Assembly: GCA_000004985.1 (NCBI GenBank)
Contig: GG738907.1
Source of the DNA: Naegleria gruberi
Taxonomy: Eukaryota
Direction: 5' to 3' (one strand)
Length of the DNA: 64,000 nt
Position 1 is the stretch's first letter, and each line of letters begins with the position of its first letter. Of the stretch, positions 23,771-32,971 are shown in pieces. The notes beneath the pieces were generated by a model that ran no database searches, was not told the origin of the DNA, and saw only the letters and a program-made list of their open reading frames with translations. Position numbers and translations under genes: made by a program.

Positions 23771-25179
23771 TTACAATAAAACAATCAAACAAATAATCAT
23801 TACAATAACCATCAATGATTGCATAATATTACAATTTGCCAAACTTGCAATTCTCCACTTTTCATCTAAAACCCATTGATTCATTCCATTCATTGAACTT
23901 CTCATTGCAACTGTCAAATTTCCAAATGCCCAAGTTTTCCAACTGTCATCTTGAGGATAGAAATATTCACCAACTTTTGAATTAACAAATGGACAAAATT
24001 GTGCACTTCTATCTGGTAAATTTTGATAAAATCTACAATTCAATTGCATTAAAAAGTAATTTTGATAGGCATCTTGTGGAAATGTTCCAATTTCCCATGC
24101 AGTTGGAACGATGGTTAAATTGGCCTCACTTCCACTCATTAAGGCATGATCCTTAATGAAATGACCAAAGTATTTACCACTTGGGAATGGAAATAAATTG
24201 TCGTGAATGTATTCATTCTTGAGGAGGTATTGCTTAGCGAAGGGGATCCATTCAGGATCGAACATGGCATACACATTTCCATACTCGCCAACAGCACTGT
24301 GCAAGTCAATATATAAAACCTTTCTACTCTTGGTATATTCGGAGGAGTAACCCTTCAAGAGTTGATTCAAAATGATTTTGACTTGCTTGGCAGTCCATTC
24401 TTCAGTGGTTCCTGCGTAGGCAATTCCAATTTGTCTGTGAATTTGTCCAATGACTGATGATTGTGTGAATGCTGGAAGACCGACCTTTGCCAATAGAGTG
24501 TAAAAGTAGTTGACTGCTTGTGCTTGAACTGTGTCCAAGTGAAGATGTGAAATATTCATACCATCAATGAATTGTTCCAATAAAACGTTCTTTGAAATTT
24601 CCCAACCAGGTGCATCAATGTAATGTTCATTCAGATTCTTCAACATGTCGACATTGTTTTCATTTTCCTTTGTTGCATAACTGGCTCCGTATGGATTTAA
24701 CATGTGAATGTGAACAGGATAGGTGTTATCAGGAAGATTGAATTGATACTTGGTGTCGTTCTTAATCATGGCAATTTGAATTGGACTACCAACAAATCCC
24801 TCTTGTCCATGGACACCAGAGAATGTTAGGAAAACATTGGATTCAGCCTTATTCTTCAACATGTTGGCACGTTCTTCATGGAAGCATGCAGACATGTACA
24901 ATTTTTCATTATTAAGACCAAGAATGGAAGGAAGCTCATACTCTGAATACTTGTAACCACTTGTTGCTTGACAAACTTGTTTAAACTTTTGATCGGCTTC
25001 AACATAGTTCGATGAAAAGTAGTCGAGTTAATAAGTTTGGCTGTTGTTACTAATGACAACATGATGGTCATAGCCATGAGAAAGGCCATGCATGCAGTAA
25101 AAGTTGTAGCTGAAACTAACTTGTTAGTGATGATACCTCTTGAGAAGGACATGTTTTTTTCTTCAATGAAAAATATCAT
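23771..25179 (-). CDS. zinc hydrolase of the M14 / succinylglutamate-desuccinylase–aspartoacylase type (HGQE motif) with signal peptide and C-terminal hydrophobic tail; frame break near 24990..25010
   Basis: The main ORF has TFSGVHGQEGFVG (Zn-binding H-x-x-E context) and ends in a hydrophobic tail. The signal-peptide exon (MAFLMAMTIMLSLVTTAKL) is in a frame offset by one base. The two frames meet at aactcgactacttttcat with no GT..AG option. Confidence 0.5.
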
Positions 25180-25735
25180 TGCAGGCCCAGTTGAGCTTTT
25201 TAAATGTTTATCATGGCTGTTTTAAGACTGTACTAACTCTTTGCTGTAGTGTTGATGTATTACAGTTCCCTTTGTAAAAAAGGATGAATGGTCATTGAAG
25301 ATAACATGCTTAATTGGAAGGTGTTACTTTTCATCTAATTGAACTTGGAACTCTATATCTTACTACACACTTATTGAGGCAAATGATGAATTTGGTAGAA
25401 ATTACAAATTGCCAGTAAAGGAACATAATTCCCTTTCGTTGGTATGTCTCTAATTTCACCACCTCCATCTTTCTCCTCAAGAGAAAGAGAGCAAACTTAA
25501 TTAGCTTTCATCAATTCCGATTTTTATCATCATAGGAACAATGTTCAAACTGTTCAGGTATCATAATGGCTTTTTCTTTTTGTGGTTAAAGATTTCAAAA
25601 TGTCCATTCCTCAAAGAATTGACTCAACGAAGTTTTTATTCAAATACATATTTAATCCATTATTATTATGATTGATTCATTGATTGGTTGTTGATTCATA
25701 CATATTGAATCATTTTCAGCATCTAATTGAATCAA

Positions 25736-26260
25736 TTAGAAACAATTAGTCAATACTTTAATATCTTGAGCAGCATCTGGTTGAGAACCATCATTGGCCT
25801 CTCTCATCAACTCTGGTAAATTACCAACAATTGTAACATGTAATTCATCACCTTTAACAGCATATTCATTCAAATTACAACCATTGCTTTGAGTAGATGA
25901 TGGATCATGTTTAATGTGGAGAATCATCTTTTTCAATTCCATAAAAGCTTCCTTACAATCTGGATCTTTACAGAATTGAACTGGTAAATCTTCACACAAA
26001 TAGGTAATTCTTCTAGAGAATTTCAAATAGAGAATGACATTCTCTTTGGCACTCAATTCTTCTCTTCTGGCTTTCCATTTGAGATCTTCTGGAAGAGATA
26101 GAATTGATTCCCAATCAATAAGAAGGATCATGTTTGGATTGACCTTTTGCAATTCTTTAATCTTGTCAGTAATCTTGTAACTGAACAAATCACGAGCTAA
26201 TTTCTTGAAAGCCAAACCACCATTCTTTGGCAAGAATTCTTCTTCATAATTTACCAACAT
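25736..26260 (-). CDS. hypothetical protein (174 aa)
   Basis: Clean ORF with normal amino-acid composition, on the strand consistent with its neighbours. No family recognised. Confidence 0.4.
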   Translation of the reverse strand: MLVNYEEEFLPKNGGLAFKKLARDLFSYKITDKIKELQKVNPNMILLIDWESILSLPEDLKWKARREELSAKENVILYLKFSRRITYLCEDLPVQFCKDPDCKEAFMELKKMILHIKHDPSSTQSNGCNLNEYAVKGDELHVTIVGNLPELMREANDGSQPDAAQDIKVLTNCF

Positions 26261-26590
26261 TTTTTAAACTTGTTTTTTAATTGTTGTAAAGTGAGCAGAC
26301 TGAATGCTGTCAATATTTAAACTGTTTTAACCTCCGCATGTTTAACATTTATCCATGTGTGTTGATTGAATGGTTGTTGGTTTTTCCATTGGATTTTGGA
26401 AAGGGATAATTATTGGAATCGGCTAAAGTTGGAGTCCACCCTTGACTTGATTACTAATGGGAAAATCATGGATTTGTCCATTCTGGGAAGTTGATATGCT
26501 AAGGTTGACTAGAATTTAAACAATTCATTTCGAAATGCATACTTACATTTCATTACAATTGAATTACAAATACATGGAAATTATACAATG

Positions 26591-27693
26591 CTATAATAAA
26601 CAATTTTTGGATTGTTTCATTCTTTTCTTCATTTGCTTTTTAGAAATTTCAATAAATTTAGAGTCATATTTTACAATCTCTTTTAAGAGAGTTAGATTAT
26701 CATTAGATCCATATCTATTTCGTCTTACACATTCTTCAAATAGCAATTTAGTATTTTCTCCTGTTTTGGCACTGGATGTAAAAATTGCAGTATTTTTCAA
26801 TTGATTTCTTTCAATAATCGAATTAATCAAATTTGTATATTTCTCAATCACTTGCTCTCTATTCGAATCGTTCAATAAATCAACCTTATTTAATGCAAAT
26901 ATAACTGGAAAATAATTAATTTCCCTACACTTCAATTTAATTACTTGTTCCACCACCCTTTCTGATTGTTCCACTGTCTTTTCATCCACAACATCACAAA
27001 CATTAATAAACGTATCTCCTGATCTCATGTAATAATCTGTCATTGCCTTAATAAGTAATATTAATAAACACATTTAGAATTTAAAACACGTACAGAATAA
27101 TCTTCAATGCCAGCAGGATCTATCACATCTATCATGACAGGTAAATTATCAACTTGTAATAGTTTTCTATATGGTTCATCTGTAGTTGGATCGTAGAATT
27201 CTATAAAATGTCCATGGAAGCAATTGATTGTAATGGAAGATTTACCTGTTCCCAATGTAGAGATGAGTATTAATTTCAAATATTATTAATACTAACCTAC
27301 TCCTCCTGCTCCAATCATTACTATCTTTGTTTCTTCAACTTTATTCCAAGGTTGTTTGCAAATATTGAATTTGATGAAAATAGCAATCAATACTTTTCTC
27401 TTCAATTCTCCCTTTACAATTTCATCTTTCAATAAGCTAAATTCATTTTCCAATAGTGGATTATATCCAATACAAGTTTCCCATACTTTCCACCAAAATT
27501 TGTCGAAATAAATAGTCATCTCTGGCATGGAAGAAATTTTCCTATTTAATGATTGAAAATTGAGAATAAATTTAATATGTATTTTAATTTCTTGTGATCG
27601 TTGCTGAATGGACAAAAGATTCGTTCCGAATTCTAAAATATGTTGAAGAATTTCAGAGGGAAGTGATAAAAATTGAGTTGAGCAGTTTTGCAT
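26591..27693 (-). CDS. Ras-family small GTPase with an N-terminal F-box-like extension, Q61I substitution and C-terminal polybasic-CAAX, 3 exons (27297..27693, 27094..27245, 26591..27046)
   Basis: Exon 1 LSLPSEILQHILEFGTNLL (F-box-like) ... KIVMIGAGGVG. The 51-bp intron GTTAGT..AACAG joins to KSSITINCF..YDPTTDEPYRK..IDVIDPAGIEDYS. The 47-bp intron GTACGT..TTAAG joins to AMTDYYMRSGDTF..ALNKVDL..TSSAKTGEN..KKQMKKRMKQSKNCLL. Confidence 0.7.
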
Positions 27694-27819
27694 TTTTTTT
27701 CAAATTTTCAAAAAAAATAGTTTTTTGAGTTGGTTGGGGAAGTGAGGTGTATTGGAATAATGTTTGAAAATTGAAAATAATGATTTGGGTAGATAATTAT
27801 TAATAAAATTAAAATAACA

Positions 27820-27890
27820 GGGGGCGAGGGGGAATCGAACCCCCGGCCACAGCTTTGGAGGCTGCGATGTTACCATTACACCACCGCCCC
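27820..27890 (-). tRNA. tRNA-Trp (anticodon CCA), 71 nt
   Basis: Reverse complement GGGGCGG TG GTGT AATGGTA ACAT C GCAGC CTCCAAA GCTGT GGCC GGGGG TTCGATT CCCCC TCGCCCC C. Full cloverleaf with GU pairs at 10-25, 27-43 and 7-66. U33, anticodon CCA and T-loop TTCGATT are present. Very similar to yeast tRNA-Trp. Confidence 0.85.
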
Positions 27891-28257
27891 TGTTGAAATA
27901 ATTTATTATTTTCCATCATTCACAATATCTTAAAATAACGTCTATTTTACATTTCACTTGCTTTTTGAGATTTGTTTCAAACTCTTGCACTACAATATTT
28001 TTCTGCCACTTTCTTATTAAACGACTTGAGGGGGCGCTGTGCTTATTTTCCAGCCAAAATTTTTGTAATGATGAGCCATACTGTTGTTGTCGTTTGGTGG
28101 GATGAAATATTGTGGTGGATCTATTATATCCAAGTTTACTTAAAAAAAATGGAAGAACCAGCAACAACACTCACTATGATTGATCTTCATCCAATCTCTC
28201 CGAATTTATTTACAAAATTGAAAGAAAAATTTAAATCACCTTCTCTTGTGGAATTTT

Positions 28258-28330
28258 CCCATACAAATTGATGCAATTTCTAATAGTTCCCATATGTTCT
28301 CATACAAATTGATGCAATTTCTAATAGTTC
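28258..28330 (+). repeat. tandem duplication of a 34-bp unit immediately upstream of the 28338 start codon
   Basis: ttcccatacaaattgatgcaatttctaatagttc and ttctcatacaaattgatgcaatttctaatagttc, separated by ccatatg. The second copy ends 8 bp before the ATG. Confidence 0.6.
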
Positions 28331-28337
28331 TTTTAAT

Positions 28338-29072
28338 ATGGCAATTTGTAGGGAATTTAATTATTTAGTTACTGGTTCTCATGACTCTTTAGAAATCTAT
28401 GATTTGATCACTCATCAACCAATTCAAGAAACAATTCATTTTAGTGAAGGAATTTATGGAATTGATTTTGAAAGGGAAAATTCAGGACAGTGGAACTTGA
28501 TACTCTCCACCTGGAATAATTATTTTGTAAAATATGATTTCAATAGAATATTGAGTGAAAAGAGTTTTGGTGAACCAATTTTTAAAGTTCCAATTAAATT
28601 TGCTTGGGCTGTCAGATGTTTTAAAACTGAACTTTATGTCATTGATTATGATTCAAAAATATTTGTATTCGATTTGAAATCAGGCTTAGAAAAAACAGAG
28701 ATTACTGTTGGATTGGAAGATGAAATGGTGGATATGGTTTTCACACCAGAAGAGGAAATGATTGTTTGTGGAAGTAATCAGTGGCACATTCTCAAATTTA
28801 ATGAAAATTCTTCTTGTTGGGAAAAGATTAAAAGCTATTCGAATGAAAATGGACCAGTGAGAATTAATAGATGTTTTGGTGTTTGGTATGAAAGAAAGAC
28901 GAAACTAATTTATTTGACCGATAATGGGGGCAAAATATTCATATTCGATAGAGAACTCAATCTTGTGAAGGAAATCAAAGTATCTGGACTCTATGAGATT
29001 GTAATTAATGAACAGAATGGAGAAATGTTCGTTTGTGATAAAGATAAAAATCAACTAATCATTTACAAATAA
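28338..29072 (+). CDS. hypothetical protein, probably beta-propeller-like (244 aa)
   Basis: Clean ORF. Repeated beta-strand-rich segments (LYVIDYDSKIFVFDL.., LIYLTDNGGKIFIFD.., GEMFVCDKDKNQLIIY) suggest NHL/WD-like blades. Flanked by the inverted tRNA-Trp copies. Confidence 0.5.
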   Translation: MAICREFNYLVTGSHDSLEIYDLITHQPIQETIHFSEGIYGIDFERENSGQWNLILSTWNNYFVKYDFNRILSEKSFGEPIFKVPIKFAWAVRCFKTELYVIDYDSKIFVFDLKSGLEKTEITVGLEDEMVDMVFTPEEEMIVCGSNQWHILKFNENSSCWEKIKSYSNENGPVRINRCFGVWYERKTKLIYLTDNGGKIFIFDRELNLVKEIKVSGLYEIVINEQNGEMFVCDKDKNQLIIYK

Positions 29073-29274
29073 CACTTAACAATCCTCTGATAGAAGCTTA
29101 GATAATGCTAGGAGTTGTTTCTCAACAAGATAGTTCAGAGTAACCAGAAGAAAATCAAACCAGAGAATGATCTTAACAGACCTTAATACTTGATATTATT
29201 TAACTGCTTCTAAAAAATGTCCACTTGTGCACTGCATTAAATATGATATTGTGAATAAATGAATAAGTTCAACA

Positions 29275-29337
29275 GGGGCGGTGGTGTAATGGTAACATCC
29301 AAAGCTGTGGCCGGGGGTTCGATTCCCCCTCGCCCCC
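29275..29337 (+). pseudogene. truncated tRNA-Trp copy (63 nt) lacking 8 nt (GCAGCCTC) of the 5' anticodon stem and loop
   Basis: Identical to the tRNA-Trp at 27820..27890 except for an internal 8-nt deletion that removes anticodon-stem positions 27-31 and C32-U33-C34. Flanks (ttcaaca upstream, tgttattttaatttta downstream) are also shared in inverted orientation. Confidence 0.7.
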
Positions 29338-29429
29338 TGTTATTTTAATTTTACTCACTTAACTTTTAATGGAACAACTCGGCTTTTCAGTCTTGCAAAT
29401 AGGAACTTTCGGAATTAAAATTAAAAAAA

Positions 29430-30228
29430 ATGATCAGAAAGTGGGAATTGAATGATGGCAGGATTATGCAAATTGAACAAGATTTGGACATTGTAAATAA
29501 AGAATTCGGAGCCATTGTATGGGATTGTGCATTGTATGTAAATGATGATCAATGTAAAATTGACCTTTTCCAATATAACTATATTTTGATCAATTATTTG
29601 AAAATACAAAAAGGGTATTGTCTAAATATTTGGAAAATGAAAAAGTATTTCCGAAAGGCTTTTTTAAAGGAAAAACAATTTTAGGTAAATAATATCTGAT
29701 TTGTTTAAGAATAATTAAAAATCAAAAGACTTGGGATCGGGAACTGGATTTATTGGAATTTTATTAATGATCAAAGGAGCAACTGTTCACTTTACTGATC
29801 GTCAAGTATTAATTCCACTCATTGAAAAGAATATCGATTTAAATTGTAAGATTGTTGAACAGGAACAAGAAGATAATGATATTGATGAAAAAGCTCCAAT
29901 TTTAGCAAATCAATTTAAATGTTTTGAGTATTTATGGGGTGAACCAAATGAAATTGTGGAAAATACTGAATATGATTTTGTAATTGGATGTGATTGTATT
30001 TATGAATCAAAAGATATGTGGATGCCACTCTCAAAAGCATTACATGAACAGTTGGCAAGATCAAAGAATATTATTCTAGCTCATGAATTGAGAAGTCAAA
30101 AAGATTTCTCCTTCTGGCCTCATATTCAAGAAACATTTGAAGTTGAAAGAGTACCTACAGAATTATTGGACGAATTTTGGAGATGTGAAGCAATAAGAAT
30201 ATTCTATTTGACATTTAAATCAAATTGA
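29430..30228 (+). CDS. METTL21-family protein-lysine methyltransferase (Methyltransf_16), 3 exons (29430..29533, 29614..29684, 29729..30228)
   Basis: GAIVWDCAL|VLSKYLENEKVFPKGFFKGKTIL|DLGSGTGFIGILLMIKGATVHFTDR..CDCIYE.. matches the family consensus VWDAALVL..YLE...F.GK.VLELG.GTG. Introns are 80 bp (GTATGT..AAG) and 44 bp (GTAAAT..AAG). Confidence 0.75.
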
Positions 30229-30576
30229 AGTGATTTTTAATCTTCTCCCTATAAATGAAATCTTTCCACAAATATTTAGTCTTTTTGATTTCGAAATTTG
30301 AATTTTTAACATGGAGAGTTTTGTAACTTTCCTAAGTAACTAGCCCAAATTTGTGTGTTTGAATTTAACAATGAGTTGAGACTAGTACTGAATAAAAATT
30401 TCCAATCCACACAAACCACTTCATGGAACTTATTTCATCGGTGATAAATGGGATAATTGTCTAATTGTCAATAAAATTTTAAATTCTGGATATTTCAAAT
30501 AAATTAGACATAAAATATCCAATGTTTTTAAAGAATTTGAAAGTTAGTGCCAAGATTGAATACTTTTATTAAGGGG

Positions 30577-31449
30577 TTAACATCTTTGACTACACTTATT
30601 GAGTGGTGATTTTGAATCATGGAATAGGAAATGCATGGTTGAGAAGATGGAAAGTGCACTTTCGTTTTTCATGCATTCCTCTGAACAAAAGTTTTTACAA
30701 AAGAGAGCTGGGACGAAAGGTCCTTCCCATTGACCAAGTGGCCAACACTTTTGGAAATGATGAGTAAAGAATAAAATAGCAGAGACAAAACCATCATTAC
30801 CATACATTGGAACAACTGGCAAGAGAGTCAAACTACTCTTTGTCATTGTCGGATGATTCAGTAAATTGAGCCCATAATGCCTTCCCATCCCCGTTAGACA
30901 AGATCCTTTCGTATAGGATTTTTGTTGAGCTTGTGTTTCTGTGAGTGGAATCTCAACAGGTCTTTGACTATTTGGTGCTAAAATCAAACGATCACCAATT
31001 AAACCTCCAGAATGATCAAAAGCTCCAGAACATGCAAAGGAGGGATCACGAGTTGCAATTTCAATTTGATATTCTTGGTGTCCAACTTTGTGCCAGTACA
31101 ATTCTTGAGTGTTTTCATGAATTCTTGCTCCAAAACCAGATAATTGACCTGCTTTGGTGTAATAGACAACAACTCGATCATTGATAAAGCCATAGCCGAG
31201 ACCAGGGACGCATGCACCGTTATCAGTTTCGATTGGTTTAGACCACTTGGATGTGTACATGGCAGTTGTCAAATTCAATGGAATAGGACTCTTACTGAAG
31301 AAGGTGTGTTGCAAACGATCACCCAATCCAATAAATGAACCAGATGATTGTTCTGAAAGTACAACAGAAACAATCAAGACGAATATCAGAAGAATCACCT
31401 TGCACATTTTTTTCAATAAGATAACGATTCTCAAAATGAGTAGGTCCAA
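30577..31449 (-). CDS. secreted hypothetical protein (signal peptide, Cys-rich C-terminus)
   Basis: ORF with MCKVILLIFVLIVSVVLSEQ signal-like N-terminus (second Met). About 12 Cys. No family recognised. Confidence 0.45.
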   Translation of the reverse strand: MDLLILRIVILLKKMCKVILLIFVLIVSVVLSEQSSGSFIGLGDRLQHTFFSKSPIPLNLTTAMYTSKWSKPIETDNGACVPGLGYGFINDRVVVYYTKAGQLSGFGARIHENTQELYWHKVGHQEYQIEIATRDPSFACSGAFDHSGGLIGDRLILAPNSQRPVEIPLTETQAQQKSYTKGSCLTGMGRHYGLNLLNHPTMTKSSLTLLPVVPMYGNDGFVSAILFFTHHFQKCWPLGQWEGPFVPALFCKNFCSEECMKNESALSIFSTMHFLFHDSKSPLNKCSQRC

Positions 31450-31851
31450 AATAGAACCAGGAGTTGAAGTGACAGTCCTTCCTCTGGATGTTTCACATTC
31501 GATTATTACAAAAAATTTGTAAACTAACTTGGTTGTCTATTACAAAGAGTTTAAACATTTACTTTACAATTTATTTAATTATCTAACCCACAACCATCCC
31601 ATCAAAACACCATTTATAGGCATTGGGTTGTAACAACGGTAGTAATAAACACCAGTTCCTTACCATGAGGTTTTCCATCATAGGAACCACATTGAGAATG
31701 TGTTGGTGGGATAGAAATATTTAAATGCTAATGTAATTAAACATTTATTGTAAATATAAAACAAATAAATAATTAACAACATAAAGTTGTGTTCAATTGT
31801 TGATCCAAATGACAAAAATCTATAAGTGCTAGTATATTGTACAGTTGAGCT

Positions 31852-32487
31852 TCACCCTTTTTGTCGTATAAAAGTAACTCTCATAAAATTCAACACCTTT
31901 GGTACTGACACATGGACACAGAATGAACAATCAACGAACGATTTATCTTTACATACTGTTGCCACTTCCGTAGTAAAATTACGAGAAATTGGTTCTATAC
32001 GTAAGATCATTGGATAATACTCATTTGGTATTTTAGTTCTAGAAAATATACCAGAGCCAGAATGTGAAAATACTATAGAGTTGGTACAATTAACAGAAGG
32101 TGTATCCAACGCAATGTTAATACCAGGAAAACCCGCTCCTGCGCAGTAAGAAGCTTGTATTCTGTAATTGAAACGAAATGTTGCACCAAAATTTTCACAT
32201 TCTTGTTATGTGCCCAAGTAATAGAGAGGTTTTGATAAGAAAGTAATTTTGTACCTATAATCTGTCATACCAACTTTACTATTAATCCATCTTCTCGACG
32301 AATCAAAACCAATATTAAAAAGATTTGTTGCTTTGTTGTTTGGTATGACAATAGTGATAGGTTTATCGCCTGCAGTATAAATAACAGCGTCATTTGGCAA
32401 ATTACCAGTGTTAATCAATAATTCTTCACAGTGTGTGAAAGCCAATAAAGCAAGCATAAAAAAAACAAAAATCGTGAATTTGGCCAT
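31852..32487 (-). pseudogene. secreted-protein gene interrupted by a single in-frame TAA (candidate pseudogene, readthrough or sequence error)
   Basis: ORF 32206..32487 (signal peptide MAKFTIFVFFMLALLAFTHC) and ORF 31852..32109 are in the same frame. The 32 codons between them are open (QECENFGATFRFNYRIQASYCAGAGFPGINIA). Only the TAA at 32206..32208 breaks 240 codons of continuous frame. No GT..AG pair could remove it. Confidence 0.45.
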
Positions 32488-32971
32488 TTTTTTAATTTAT
32501 TTTTCTGACAGCAAGTCAATTCCGTCTCCTCAACAGAATTTCAATGACGAAATTACAATAGAAAAGTGTACTATCGAAGTCCATACAATCAACTCGCACA
32601 CGTTCATGCACTCACATGCTTTATCCAAGAATAAATGCAAAGCTGTATTGTTGTTGCATAGATAAACATGTTCTTGGCTTGTTATCATGTTGGCAGTTGA
32701 CTTTAGGTTGTTTTTGATTTGTGTTAAGGAATTCTCTTCGGTTTAGGTGTGAACCTGGTAAAAATGGTCACTAAGAACGCGACATGGTTTTATAAACAGC
32801 TCAAAACACAAGCTATTGTGCATCTATGCATTAACGATAATATGGGAAGAGTAGATTGGACCAAGATTTTCCTAATTAAAGTTAAAACGAGTATTAATTG
32901 ATCATGTTCTGATCAATTCTTTTATTAAATGTACAATGTTTTTAAATGTTAGAGATATCTAGCATTGAAAA

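Noticed and set aside
27972-28271. 99-aa plus-strand ORF between the tRNA-Trp and the 28338 gene
   Set aside because: It spans the tandem 34-bp promoter repeat and the presumed 5' UTR of the downstream gene and has biased composition. It is more likely non-coding.
31852-32487. Alternative genetic code (TAA read as a sense codon) to explain the in-frame TAA
   Set aside because: Nearly every other gene in the window terminates cleanly at TAA at the position expected from homologues (Rad51, METTL5, GBA, serpin, BolA), so TAA is a stop here.
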